A stretch of 64,000 nt of DNA, taken from the NCBI GenBank assembly GCA_964599615.1, contig CAZRGF010000004.1, positions 3,810 to 67,809 of the forward strand, written 5' to 3'. Positions 10,113 through 19,939 of the stretch are shown piece after piece. Made by a program: the position numbers and the translations under genes. The notes beneath the pieces are model-generated. The model was given only the letters and a program-made list of their open reading frames with translations. It was not told where the DNA came from and ran no database searches. Within the stretch, counting starts at the first letter, position 1. Every line of letters starts with the position of its first letter. This DNA comes from Candidatus Woesearchaeota archaeon. Lineage in GTDB: Archaea; Nanobdellota; Nanobdellia; Pacearchaeales; UBA284.

Positions 10113-11444
10113 TTAGCCCTGATTTTTATTTACAAAAGCAGGGCTTTTATACTTTTTGCTTGGTTTTAATTTCTTAAGTTCTTTGATTTCTTTTTCAGTT
10201 CTCTTCTGGATATATCTCGGGCCGATTATTGTAACAAGAAGCATAGCCAAAAACAAGATAACGTCAATGATAAGTATCATCCAGACAAATTGTTGTAACG
10301 TTTTATGGAATAATAGCAATAATCCAATCTCTAAAAAAACAGCACTTGCTAAAACACGGGCAGTTATCTTTTTATTTTTGTCCAAAGAGAGATTATAGTA
10401 CACAAGTAGATTGCTGAATGAAAAAAAAGCCATTGCTATAATCATATACTTAAGATAAGGGGCTACTGCAGTATATTGGTCGCCTAAGATGACTGAAACA
10501 ATGGGCCCTGGAAAGAATAAAAACAATAAGAATGCACAAGCAAACATTATTATCAAAAACAAACTGATTTTTTTAAGTATTTTAGTGCATTCTTCTTCTT
10601 CGCTTTTTATATTCTGTTCAGTCAGATTTGGCATCATTGCTCTCTTTGTTCCAATAGCAATAAAGAAGAATGCTTTGCATATCAGCGAAATTCCAGCGTA
10701 TATCCCTGCTACTCTTGGGGTGAAGAAGTATCTGGCAAGAATAATATCTACACTGTACATCAAGGTCACTAAACCAAAGATAAGGAGAGTTGCTAAAGAA
10801 TATTTCATTAAATTTTCCTTAATCTTCTTTCTTTTTTTCTTTTGTATATATCCAAAAGAAAGATAAGCGATTAAAAAAACAATGCCCATAGAAATTGGTG
10901 AAGAAATTAGTGCACCATATATCTGGGAATTAGTAGGCAAAGCTAGAACAAGCAGAATAGCAAGGATGAGTCTTAAAACACCTTCAATAGAGTTATTGAT
11001 TCCAAGTTCTTTAAATTTGCCAAGTCCTTGATAAACCCCCCAAAAAACCGGCAATACAAAAGAAAATATCAAAATAGTTAAAGCAGTAGCTAAAACCCAA
11101 AAATTAGTATGAAACAGACCAGTTAACAACGGGCTCAAGGCTAATAATAAAACAAGGAGAATTATAGATACAATGAATATCTTTTTTAACGAACTGCTTA
11201 ATAATTCATGGATTTTTCCATTATCTTTTTGAACATTATACTTTGTAGTGTATCTAGAGATTACAGTTCTTATCGCTTCTTGTGGAATAGTTAGTATATA
11301 CGTAAATGCGATAATAGAATAAAGCAGACTATAGTCTTCAATAGACATCATCCTCGCCATAGAGAAAGTGAATAGATAGCTTGCTATTGCTGCAACAGCC
11401 GAGAACAATATTAGGGTAAAAGCATCTTTTGTTACTTTGTGCAT
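10113..11444 (-). CDS. Oligosaccharide flippase (Wzx/MOP family)
   Basis: About 12 TM helices, Wzx-like N-terminus, DIILARYF..AGIY; adjacent to aglB. Confidence 0.85.
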   Translation of the reverse strand: MHKVTKDAFTLILFSAVAAIASYLFTFSMARMMSIEDYSLLYSIIAFTYILTIPQEAIRTVISRYTTKYNVQKDNGKIHELLSSSLKKIFIVSIILLVLLLALSPLLTGLFHTNFWVLATALTILIFSFVLPVFWGVYQGLGKFKELGINNSIEGVLRLILAILLVLALPTNSQIYGALISSPISMGIVFLIAYLSFGYIQKKKRKKIKENLMKYSLATLLIFGLVTLMYSVDIILARYFFTPRVAGIYAGISLICKAFFFIAIGTKRAMMPNLTEQNIKSEEEECTKILKKISLFLIIMFACAFLLFLFFPGPIVSVILGDQYTAVAPYLKYMIIAMAFFSFSNLLVYYNLSLDKNKKITARVLASAVFLEIGLLLLFHKTLQQFVWMILIIDVILFLAMLLVTIIGPRYIQKRTEKEIKELKKLKPSKKYKSPAFVNKNQG

Positions 11445-11479
11445 TTTAAGGTTTTTTTCTTATGATAGGGGATTATACT

Positions 11480-12346
11480 TTAAAAAATAGACATTATCGA
11501 AGGGGTTAGGAAAATTTCCATAAATGCTGCAACAACAAGAATGATCAGGGCCAAGATAATCAGGTCAAGTGAATCTTGTATGACATGCCAAAATTCCTTT
11601 TTTCCAAAATCATGTTTTATTACTGCCACACTAATAATCCCGCCAGCTAAAGCAGCAACAAAATAAGCAGCTATTTCAGGCAATCCATGGACAAGATACC
11701 TTAAAAAAGAAACGGGAATGTTTTGTACAGCGCCTTCACTAAATAATCCTATCGCTGTTCCAATCACGCTTGCGTTCCAAGCGAGGATGAATATTGCTCC
11801 CCCGCCAAAAAGAAAAGAGAACAACAACACAGTGATCATAACAAAAAAATTGTTGGCAAGTATTGAAGATACTCCCTTAAGGCTTATCTCCACATTTTTT
11901 CCTGTTACTGAATTGCCCATGATTTTAGCGCAATTCTGCAAATCTCCGCTGTTAATTGCGCAATAAGACTCCAATTGTGCTGTGAAACAGCTATCTACCA
12001 GGTCTTGTGGCATCAGTATGAAAGCTAAAGAAAAGGCGATAAGATAACCGATGAACAAGAACATTAATGCGCTTATTGCTTTTCCATGTTCTTTGATAAG
12101 TGCTCCTTCTTCTTTAATCTTTTTTTCTTTTCTTTCTTCTAATTTGACAATATAATACATGAAAGGGATTGAGAGAATCGTTGTAAAGGTGACCATGAAT
12201 ACACTGTTGTATTTTTCTAAAGCAGCACTGCCATGAAAAAGAAAAATAGAAACAAGAATAGCGACAACAGCATAGAAAAATCCAATTATCATCATTTCCC
12301 AGGGTCTTCTTTCAGCTTTCTTAGGATTCATTAAAAATTCTAACAT
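11480..12346 (-). CDS. SpoIIM-like membrane protein
   Basis: ILANN, FILAWNASVIG, HGLPEIAAY, AFMEIFLTP. Confidence 0.85.
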   Translation of the reverse strand: MLEFLMNPKKAERRPWEMMIIGFFYAVVAILVSIFLFHGSAALEKYNSVFMVTFTTILSIPFMYYIVKLEERKEKKIKEEGALIKEHGKAISALMFLFIGYLIAFSLAFILMPQDLVDSCFTAQLESYCAINSGDLQNCAKIMGNSVTGKNVEISLKGVSSILANNFFVMITVLLFSFLFGGGAIFILAWNASVIGTAIGLFSEGAVQNIPVSFLRYLVHGLPEIAAYFVAALAGGIISVAVIKHDFGKKEFWHVIQDSLDLIILALIILVVAAFMEIFLTPSIMSIF

Positions 12347-12424
12347 TTTTCTCTTTTTTTGCTTTTTTAACAAGGGCATATGTCTTTTAAAAGGTTTCGA
12401 AAGCAATTAAAACCCCCAGGAATA

Positions 12425-12560
12425 GACTTTGCCAAATCTCCTGCTGTGTGCTTTGCGTGAATCATGACTAAGTGATTGTCATTTTTCAAAAAATCTTAAA
12501 AATTCAGTTAAAAAATAGGACAAAACCAGTTTTAACATTTAAAGAGGGCAAGGTCAAGTT
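12425..12560 (-). repeat. Family-1 TIR-bounded repeat
   Basis: GACTTTGCC ... GGCAAGGTCAAGTT. Confidence 0.65.
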
Positions 12561-12608
12561 TGAAAGCAAAGATTTTTAATTAAGAAAAATCATCTAATTT
12601 AAGAAATC

Positions 12609-13484
12609 ATGAAAAAAGAGGAGAGCATGGACAAAGACAAAAAGAACAACTTTCAATTTGAAAAGATTTGCCAGGACATAAAATCCCTAAAGATTCAAGG
12701 GGCAGAACAAATTGCTCGCGCTGCTTTGAAAGCCCTCGAGATAAGATCTGATAGCAAAGCTGTCCGAAAATTAATCAGCCTAAGGCCCACAGAACCTTGT
12801 TTAAGGAATTCTATTAAATATGCTACTTCGTTTTATGACATAAAAATAGGAGTATCAGAAACAGTTAAGATAATGGACATAGCAAGAGAAAAGATAATTT
12901 CTTGCGGTGCTAACATGATTCCAAAAAATTCAACTGTTTTTACTCATTGCCATAGCGGAACAGTCATCTCAATCCTTTTAGAAGCAAAAAGACAAGGAAA
13001 AAAATTTCAAGTTTATAACACAGAAACAAGACCTAATCTACAGGGGAGGATAACTGCATTAGAACTCTTAAAAGGGGGAATTCCCGTCACAATGTTTGTT
13101 GATTCTGCTTCAACAGCTGCATTGAAAGGAGCAGATATTTTTTTATTTGGGGCAGATGCCATAACAAGCCAAGGTTCAGTGATAAATAAGATAGGGAATA
13201 AGATGTTAGCAGAAATAGCTGAAAAATATGATGTTCCGAGTTATTCTTGTACTTTCTCTTGGAAATTTGATCCTAAAACCACCCTCGGGGCAATAGAAAA
13301 ATTAGAATCAAGAAAAGAAAAAGAAGTCTGGCCAGGCAAGCCCCCAAAACTCAAGATAAGCAATGTAGTTTTTGAAGAGGTTCAACCACATTTAATTACA
13401 GGAATCATTTCAGAATTAGGTGTATTCAGCCCAGATACCTTTGTCTCAGAATTCAGAATAAAATATCCTGCCTTATTAGATTGA
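12609..13484 (+). CDS. Ribose-1,5-bisphosphate isomerase (eIF-2B family)
   Basis: IQGA, RPTEP, THCHS (catalytic Cys), ETRP, GADAI, NKIG. Confidence 0.85.
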   Translation: MKKEESMDKDKKNNFQFEKICQDIKSLKIQGAEQIARAALKALEIRSDSKAVRKLISLRPTEPCLRNSIKYATSFYDIKIGVSETVKIMDIAREKIISCGANMIPKNSTVFTHCHSGTVISILLEAKRQGKKFQVYNTETRPNLQGRITALELLKGGIPVTMFVDSASTAALKGADIFLFGADAITSQGSVINKIGNKMLAEIAEKYDVPSYSCTFSWKFDPKTTLGAIEKLESRKEKEVWPGKPPKLKISNVVFEEVQPHLITGIISELGVFSPDTFVSEFRIKYPALLD

Positions 13485-13493
13485 GATATTAAA

Positions 13494-14159
13494 ATGAAAA
13501 AACTAGTTTCTTTTGACTTAGACCAAACTCTAGTCAAGACAACAAAAGCTCATTCTTTGGCATTTAGACACGCCTTTAAAGAAAAAGGTATTGATGTGAA
13601 AGAGAATCTTATCTGGCCTTTTATCGATGGAAGACATAGCCGTGAAGTTATTTTATCAATTGCAAAAAAAATAAAAATAAAGCTAACTGAAGAGCAAATT
13701 GAAGAAATTAGAAAATTTCACCATTATTTTTTAAGAAAAACAAGAAAATATGCTAAACCAATGCCAGGAGCTAAAAAAACTCTTAGAGAATTAAAAAAAA
13801 ATTACTCTCTTGCATTATTGACTAATTGTGCAGAGGAAGAAGCATATTTTTTATTAAAAGCTTCTAAAATAGACAAAAAAATCTTTGATATAATGGTTTT
13901 AGCAGATCAAGTTAAAAATCCAAAACCCTGGCCAGATGAGATATTCAAAGCAGAGAAAATACTTCATATAAAATCAGATATCCACGTAGGGGATTCTGTT
14001 TATGACGTGATTGCAGCAAAAAAAGCGAAGGCAATGAGCATAGCTATCCTTTCTGGACAATCAACAATAAGCCAATTAATTAAACTCAAGCCCGACTTTA
14101 TCATAAAAAATATAAAAACACTTCCGGGTATACTAAAAAAAATAGAATCACAGAGGTAA
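13494..14159 (+). CDS. HAD-superfamily hydrolase
   Basis: FDLDQTL, LTN, KPWPD, VGDS. Confidence 0.9.
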   Translation: MKKLVSFDLDQTLVKTTKAHSLAFRHAFKEKGIDVKENLIWPFIDGRHSREVILSIAKKIKIKLTEEQIEEIRKFHHYFLRKTRKYAKPMPGAKKTLRELKKNYSLALLTNCAEEEAYFLLKASKIDKKIFDIMVLADQVKNPKPWPDEIFKAEKILHIKSDIHVGDSVYDVIAAKKAKAMSIAILSGQSTISQLIKLKPDFIIKNIKTLPGILKKIESQR

Positions 14160-14225
14160 GTCCAATTTAGTTCTCGAAAACAATTTCAAAAAACTTGGGG
14201 ATGTAATACATACAGATGGTTTTCT

Positions 14226-14359
14226 AACTTGACTTTGCCAAATGCGAGGTATGTGTTAATAGGGTATACTGTTTTATTTGTTTTTCTCGAAAATTCTCTT
14301 AAAATAGAAGATAAAAATCGAATTAAAATACTTTAACTTATATCTGGCAAAGTTAAGTT
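14226..14359 (-). repeat. Family-1 TIR-bounded repeat
   Basis: AACTTGACTTTGCCA ... TGGCAAAGTTAAGTT, 15-bp near-perfect inverted ends. Confidence 0.8.
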
Positions 14360-14366
14360 TCTAAGG

Positions 14367-14780
14367 TTATTGACTTTCTTGAATATCTTTTTGGATTCCC
14401 ATCATTTCTTGAGCAAGCATTTGTGCTTGATCTACAATTTTTTCTCTCACTGAGACAAAATCTTCAAATTTCTTGTTGATGATTTCCTGTGCTTCGGGGA
14501 TAGATTTTTTTGCAAAGATCTTTGAACCAATATCCACAAAAACCTCGTTATTGTCCAAGAGTTTTGATTTCACAAAGATATTCTGGCCTATGGGGGACAA
14601 GACTTCATTGTCTAATCTAGTTGTCTCTAAATCTTGCAAAGCAATGCTAGTCAATTGGAATTCCTGAATCTGCTTTTCAATGATCTGGAGTTGCTGCTCC
14701 ATCTCTTGAAGTTTGTTATTCATCATATTAAGCTCTAGAATGCTTCTTTCTAATTCTTTATCTTTTAATTTGTCGGCCAT
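14367..14780 (-). CDS. pfdA: Prefoldin alpha subunit
   Basis: Coiled coil - PIGQNIFVK...VFVDIGS..AKKS - coiled coil. Confidence 0.9.
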   Translation of the reverse strand: MADKLKDKELERSILELNMMNNKLQEMEQQLQIIEKQIQEFQLTSIALQDLETTRLDNEVLSPIGQNIFVKSKLLDNNEVFVDIGSKIFAKKSIPEAQEIINKKFEDFVSVREKIVDQAQMLAQEMMGIQKDIQESQ

Positions 14781-14812
14781 TTTATCTTCAAGTTATGTTT
14801 TATTGATAGATT

Positions 14813-15271
14813 CTAGAATTTTAAAATCTTTCTGAAAACCATGCTGAATACGAAACTTAAAACAAAATAACAAAGAAACCAGCCAGCACCAGTTCCAATT
14901 AAAGGCAGATTAGTGCCCCATGATATTATATTTCCTGAATTTCCTACTCCTATTACTGCGCTACTATAAACTTGTTTCAGCAAGCTGAATATGATCAAGA
15001 CAGGCAAGAAAGTTATTAACATTGGTTTAAAACTTAATTTTAAGGATTCCATACTCAAAGACATTGTTTCATTCTGGATTTCATTCAGCTTCTTCATGTC
15101 TTTTGTCTGTTTCATCTCATTTCTAAGGACTTTCTGTCTTTCATTGATTTCTTTGTATCTCCTGTGGTTGATAGTCTTCTTATAAACCCAGGTCAATAAG
15201 AAAGTCAAGACTGCAGAAATCAGTAATATACTGATAAACGGACTCCATTGTATAAAATCTGTTATAAACAT
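14813..15271 (-). CDS. DUF106/EMC3-TMCO1 family membrane insertase
   Basis: TM, coiled coil, SFKPMLITFLP, GWFLCYF..S..FRK; downstream of secY. Confidence 0.85.
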   Translation of the reverse strand: MFITDFIQWSPFISILLISAVLTFLLTWVYKKTINHRRYKEINERQKVLRNEMKQTKDMKKLNEIQNETMSLSMESLKLSFKPMLITFLPVLIIFSLLKQVYSSAVIGVGNSGNIISWGTNLPLIGTGAGWFLCYFVLSFVFSMVFRKILKF

Positions 15272-15295
15272 TTTATAAATAATGATTCATGACTT

Positions 15296-16171
15296 TTAAA
15301 CCTTGTTATCTAAGCCCTCTTTATCTGAATGTTTTAATTTTTTACATACTAATAAACCATTTCTGACAACAAAAGTTCCGCAAATCCACTGGTATGTTTT
15401 AGTTAAATCTTCCATTGCTTTGGGAAGTTCTTCCAAGACTCTTAAAATATCTTTTTCCCTATTTTCATCTCTTAGGGATTTTAAGAATTGCAGATACTCT
15501 GGACTGGTGTGATAACTATCTACACAAATTTTTTCATAAATTCCCCACATCCCCAATGTCAGACGATCATGTCTTGATAAATCAACTGGTTCTTCTAAAT
15601 TTCTTTTCTTTAATGCTAAAAAAGGAAAGAGATCTTCATCCTGGAAGCTTAAAGTCCTTATCGCACACACAACTTCTAGATGATTATCTTTTTCATCCAA
15701 ATTTTTTAAATCAACCTTGGAAAAAAGAGGCCCGAGAAAATCAGAATCCATTTCAGAATCCTTTCTGAATGGATGTGTATGGACATTAATTTCATCCTTA
15801 TATCCATTTTCTTTTCGAGTCATATCCCAACCAAAATCTAGTCTATCTTTTTTTTCAAAATATAAAATTCTTTTTTTAGCTAATTCCACTACCTTGCGAA
15901 TGCTTTGTAACTGATGAAGTGGTTTTCCATAATCCTTTTCACTATCACTATTTAAAACCAGATTGTCTGCAAGAACCGAAGTCTCTTCTCCAATAAAAAC
16001 AGGGGAATAATAAATCCCTTCTTTTTCTGGATGAGACAATATTCTAAATGCAGTTTCTCTTCCAGTTTCTTGAGTTTGTTTGACACATAAGGTCATTCCG
16101 TTCATGAAAGCTTCACTACTTATCTCATTGCAATATTCATTTAAAGTTCTAAACTTACCTTGATAATCCAT
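15296..16171 (-). CDS. Hypothetical protein with JAB/MPN-like metal motif
   Basis: GRE...VHTHP...FSKVD resembles E..HxH..SxxD. Confidence 0.5.
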   Translation of the reverse strand: MDYQGKFRTLNEYCNEISSEAFMNGMTLCVKQTQETGRETAFRILSHPEKEGIYYSPVFIGEETSVLADNLVLNSDSEKDYGKPLHQLQSIRKVVELAKKRILYFEKKDRLDFGWDMTRKENGYKDEINVHTHPFRKDSEMDSDFLGPLFSKVDLKNLDEKDNHLEVVCAIRTLSFQDEDLFPFLALKKRNLEEPVDLSRHDRLTLGMWGIYEKICVDSYHTSPEYLQFLKSLRDENREKDILRVLEELPKAMEDLTKTYQWICGTFVVRNGLLVCKKLKHSDKEGLDNKV

Positions 16172-16254
16172 AGAAGATAAACCTTTATTAGTATTTAAAT
16201 CTTTGTTGTGTTGTTACTATGCGGTGTCAATAAAATAAGTTCAACAAGAAAATT

Positions 16255-17649
16255 TTAACCTGCTCCAACGAATTTTCTTGCTAAAGGATTAGAATCCATT
16301 GCATGTTGTTGTGCGATGTCTTCATACATCTTGTAAAGTATCATGACTGAAAGCAAGAGTCCTGTTCCTCTTACTAATGCTCCACTTATATCTGCTAGGG
16401 CAGCTAATAAACCAACAGCAGCTCCTCCCATGATAGTCAGGGGCATGATATACCTTGAAAGAATAGATTCTATAACCCTCGGATCTCGTCTGAATCCAGA
16501 TACTTGCAATCCACTTGAAGAAATCTGGTTTGCTTGACTTGAAGCATCCATCCCAGAAGTCTTGACCCAAAAAACAGCGAACATTATTGAGCCAGCAATC
16601 ATAAAGAGAGCATAAAAAATAGATTGGAGTATCATTGAGCCCTGTAATGAGCCCTTGATTATAGGTTCAATTATTCCATTGTTAGGAGGAGATAGCCAGT
16701 AAGCTAGTCCAGACTCCGCAACTCCCTGGCTGCTGAATGTTCCTAAAAAAGTAAATGCTGTTGAGACTTTTTGCGCTAAAACTGCCACTAACTGGAGATT
16801 AGCATGCAGCGCAGCAGTTAAAATAACTGGGATGTTGCTGGTATAAAAGAAAGCTAAAGGCCATCTTATATTAAAACCCCTAATTCTGCCAAAAGACAGC
16901 GGGACTTCTACTTTTATTGCTTGGGTATAAACAACTGCAAAGAAAACTAGAACAGTTGCTGCAATTGCAGCAAATGCCACTCCTGCGTTTATTATTGACC
17001 CCGGGTTATTTGCATTAAATAAAGAACTAATCAGAACAAGAACTTTTCCCGTAGGCTCTATTGTCCTAGTCTGGCCTAAAAATCCAAATGCCTTAGCAAA
17101 CAATTGCCAGGCAACTCCACCGACTATGAATATAGAGATACCACTTCCAAAACCATATTTGGAAACAACTTCATCCATGAGCATTACTAGAAGTCCGCCA
17201 ACAACTAATTGCAATATCAAGAACCATTCCCAACCAGGTTGAGCTAACAAACCTTTCATCATAACATATATGACTGATTCAAATACTACAAAGAAGATAG
17301 ACATTATCTTTTGCAAACCCTCAAAAGTTTTTTTGCCGTCTGGGGTAGAAGTATCAATCTTGATTAATTTTGATCCGACTAATAACTGCAATACAATTGA
17401 AGCAGTGACAATAGGCCCTATTCCCAAGCTCATCATACTGCCAAAACTTGCTCCGAAGATGATTGCTAAAAATTCAAACCTGCTTAACGCGCTTTCTTCT
17501 AACTTCACTAGAGGAATATTGGACAAAACAAAAAAACAAGCAAGTATGACTAAAGTCCATTTTAGTCTTATATCAAAACCAAGCTTTTTTTCTGTAGGTT
17601 TCTTTACTTCTGGAAGATTTAATAAGATATTCTTAAGAGCAAATGGCAT
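16255..17649 (-). CDS. secY: Preprotein translocase SecY
   Basis: LGIGPIVTASIVLQLL, GSGISIF, YTSNIPVIL, GFRRDPR, GTGLLL. Confidence 0.97.
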   Translation of the reverse strand: MPFALKNILLNLPEVKKPTEKKLGFDIRLKWTLVILACFFVLSNIPLVKLEESALSRFEFLAIIFGASFGSMMSLGIGPIVTASIVLQLLVGSKLIKIDTSTPDGKKTFEGLQKIMSIFFVVFESVIYVMMKGLLAQPGWEWFLILQLVVGGLLVMLMDEVVSKYGFGSGISIFIVGGVAWQLFAKAFGFLGQTRTIEPTGKVLVLISSLFNANNPGSIINAGVAFAAIAATVLVFFAVVYTQAIKVEVPLSFGRIRGFNIRWPLAFFYTSNIPVILTAALHANLQLVAVLAQKVSTAFTFLGTFSSQGVAESGLAYWLSPPNNGIIEPIIKGSLQGSMILQSIFYALFMIAGSIMFAVFWVKTSGMDASSQANQISSSGLQVSGFRRDPRVIESILSRYIMPLTIMGGAAVGLLAALADISGALVRGTGLLLSVMILYKMYEDIAQQHAMDSNPLARKFVGAG

Positions 17650-17790
17650 TTTTTATCTATATATTTTAATCCAGTTTTTATTTTTTATTAGTTCTGTTTT
17701 ATTCCGGGTTTTTGCATACATCAGTTCTTTCTGCTTTTAATGATATGTTCAAACTCAACTATCTAATCAATGATTAACACTTGAATATAA

Positions 17791-18219
17791 TTAAATCTTG
17801 GTTGCAGAACCGCCCATCTTAACAATTTTTTCTTCAGCTTTTTTTGAAAATGCAAATGCTTTAACAAAAAGTTTTTTATCGACTTTGCCAGATGAAAGTA
17901 TCTTGAATCCCTTTAATTCAATTTCAAATCCATTGTTGACTTTTTTAGCCTTTCCTTTTTTGACAAAACTCTCTATTTTATCACTGATCATACCAAGGTT
18001 CATTGTCCTGATTTTTTTATTCCTGCTGATAAAACCATGTTTTCCAAAATAATCTGGATGATATTTCAAGATCCATGTTCTCTTTTGACCTGCTTTTTTG
18101 CCTGTTCCAGCCATCCCCTTTCCACCCTTGCTTCCTTTTCCTCTATGCTTGAATTTTTGGCCATAACCACAGGTCCTTCTTCCTCGCAATCTTGATCTTA
18201 CTTTCCTTTTTTTGTACAT
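17791..18219 (-). CDS. rpl15: 50S ribosomal protein uL15
   Basis: RGRRTCGYG..KHRGKGSKGGKGMAG, YFGKHGF, FSKKAEEKI. Confidence 0.95.
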   Translation of the reverse strand: MYKKRKVRSRLRGRRTCGYGQKFKHRGKGSKGGKGMAGTGKKAGQKRTWILKYHPDYFGKHGFISRNKKIRTMNLGMISDKIESFVKKGKAKKVNNGFEIELKGFKILSSGKVDKKLFVKAFAFSKKAEEKIVKMGGSATKI

Positions 18220-18247
18220 TTTTATTGTTATGTGTTTTGTGTAACTG

Positions 18248-18292
18248 GATTTTGCAACGTTGTGTTCTGAAGAACACCAAAATCCTTTGTTA
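18248..18292 (-). repeat. Family-3 hairpin repeat
   Basis: GATTTTG-CAACGTT-GTG-hairpin-CAC-CAAAATC; homologous to 55049-55100. Confidence 0.65.
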
Positions 18293-18330
18293 ATTTATTT
18301 ATTAATGTTTAACTTTGTTTATTATCTTGC

Positions 18331-18504
18331 CTATTTAACAACCTTCTTGCTTTTTGGTTTAAAAACTTTGCCCATGCAATTCCTGCATTTTACACTGCCT
18401 TCGGTTATTTTCCTTGCTTCAGCCCTGACTTTTGTATGGCATCTTTTGCATACAAATATGTTTTTGAATAATCTGTTCTGTGCAGCTGCGATTTTTGTTG
18501 CCAT
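18331..18504 (-). CDS. rpl40e: 50S ribosomal protein L40e (absent from ORF track)
   Basis: Hand translation MATKIAAAQNRLFKNIFVCKRCHTKVRAEARKITEGSVKCRNCMGKVFKPKSKKVVK; CxxC...CxxC. Confidence 0.9.
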   Translation of the reverse strand: MATKIAAAQNRLFKNIFVCKRCHTKVRAEARKITEGSVKCRNCMGKVFKPKSKKVVK

Positions 18505-18567
18505 TTTTGTATTGTTTTATTTTTTTAATGATTATTTAGGGTTATATTTTTTTATACAATTTATGCA

Positions 18568-18625
18568 TAACCCTTATAGCTGGTTGCATGCAACCAAATT
18601 TTGTTTGTTTTGCGCTTTGCTTTTC
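18568..18625 (-). repeat. Family-2 hairpin repeat
   Basis: Reverse strand AAAAGCAAAGCGCA...TTTGGTTGCATGCAACCAGCTATAAGGGTTA. Confidence 0.75.
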
Positions 18626-18642
18626 ATTTATTTTTCTTATCA

Positions 18643-19044
18643 TCACGCTAATCTTTTAATTATTTTTTTGCCGTCAACATTCCAGTATTCAACATTCCTG
18701 TTTTCTTGAGTTTCTTGGAATTCAGGGATAAGGTCTTGAGCAACAGGAATTTCTATTGTCTCAAAATTTTCCAAGTCCATAACACTTGCTGTTCCTTTGA
18801 ATTTGTCAAAACTCAAAAGTTGTGCCCTTCTTTTTTCAATCATCGGAACTTCATATCTTTCAGAACCTGGAACCGCGACAATCCTTTTCTTGTTATCAAC
18901 TATCCCAATTGCTTCAATTCTGCACTTGCTTGCGCCATGTTTCCCACTTTTGCTTATATCAATTGATTTTACAGAGCATGCAACACCATCTATAGGAATA
19001 GTATTTCCTACTTTTACATTACTTGCATCAATCCAATTTCCCAT
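18643..19044 (-). CDS. eif5a: Translation factor aIF5A
   Basis: SKSGKHGASK hypusination motif, VPMIEKRRAQ, VMDLENFET. Confidence 0.95.
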   Translation of the reverse strand: MGNWIDASNVKVGNTIPIDGVACSVKSIDISKSGKHGASKCRIEAIGIVDNKKRIVAVPGSERYEVPMIEKRRAQLLSFDKFKGTASVMDLENFETIEIPVAQDLIPEFQETQENRNVEYWNVDGKKIIKRLA

Positions 19045-19065
19045 GTTAACCAAAGAAAAATTTAA

Positions 19066-19132
19066 TTTTTAAACCTTTCTGTAAAGAAAGGTTTACCTCT
19101 TTCCGAGGTTTCTTTCAGAAAGCTCGTTTAAA
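19066..19132 (-). repeat. 67-bp multi-hairpin repeat containing BRE/TATA (copy 1)
   Basis: Exact reverse complement of 24166-24232. Confidence 0.9.
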
Positions 19133-19495
19133 ACTTCGCTTTTTGAGATGATGTTTTACTTTCCATCAATTGGGTTAGAAATTCAAGCAATGTTTCTTTA
19201 TCAACATTAAAATCTATTAAAGCCTCACTGCATGTTTTAATTGGTGAACTTACAACAAGGTTCCGTGGGTTTCCAATATCTATAACTAAACAATCTGCTC
19301 TATCCTTTTCTGGAGCTGAAATTATCCTCCTCCTATAACCTGGTAATGCTAAATTAACAGCAGCACTATCATGTTCAGAGGTGAAGCCTAAAAATCCCCT
19401 CTTCTAAAACCATGTAAACAATTAGCAAGGTTATCTACAGTAACATAAGTTTCGATCCTATTATCAATACCTGTTTCATAAATTATAACTTTCAT
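19128..19495 (-). pseudogene. Hypothetical ORF split by a -1 frameshift
   Basis: ATG 19495 to TAG 19388 (35 aa); -1 frame open from about 19400 to TAA 19128. Confidence 0.5.
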
Positions 19496-19496
19496 C

Positions 19497-19934
19497 TTAG
19501 AAATTCTTTCGTATATTGTCTTTTATCTCTTTAATGTCTCTTTTTTTCAATTTCTGTCTTGTTCTTTTCTCAAGTTTTGGAAAAACGATGCTTGCCCTAG
19601 GTTTAGGCACTGGTATTGAGTTAGAAGAAGTTATTGGTTTTCTTTGAGCGATTTCCTTCATGATTCTTTCAACTTCCAAAATCGCTTTATCTCTCGCTTC
19701 TTTGCTTTGGACTTTTTCAACTTTTTTAGGAGAAATTTCTTTTAAAACTCCCTCTAGTAATTGGATTTTCAATTCTTGCTCATAGAGTTTCTTTGTTAAA
19801 ATTCCCAAAGCAGTCCATAATTGTGCATTTGCTGGTTTTTCTGATTTTCTGTAAGCTGGAAAGAACGTAGTCTTCTTAATCAAATCATCGACATATTGCG
19901 CAAGTTCTTTATCAAGTTCTTTTCTCCATTCCAT
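19497..19934 (-). CDS. Hypothetical protein
   Basis: 145-aa ORF; AY..S..PANAQLWTAL, coiled coil. Confidence 0.7.
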   Translation of the reverse strand: MEWRKELDKELAQYVDDLIKKTTFFPAYRKSEKPANAQLWTALGILTKKLYEQELKIQLLEGVLKEISPKKVEKVQSKEARDKAILEVERIMKEIAQRKPITSSNSIPVPKPRASIVFPKLEKRTRQKLKKRDIKEIKDNIRKNF

Positions 19935-19939
19935 TTTTT

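Noticed and set aside
18260..18709. 149-aa hydrophobic plus-strand ORF
   Set aside because: Antisense shadow of rpl40e, repeats and eif5a
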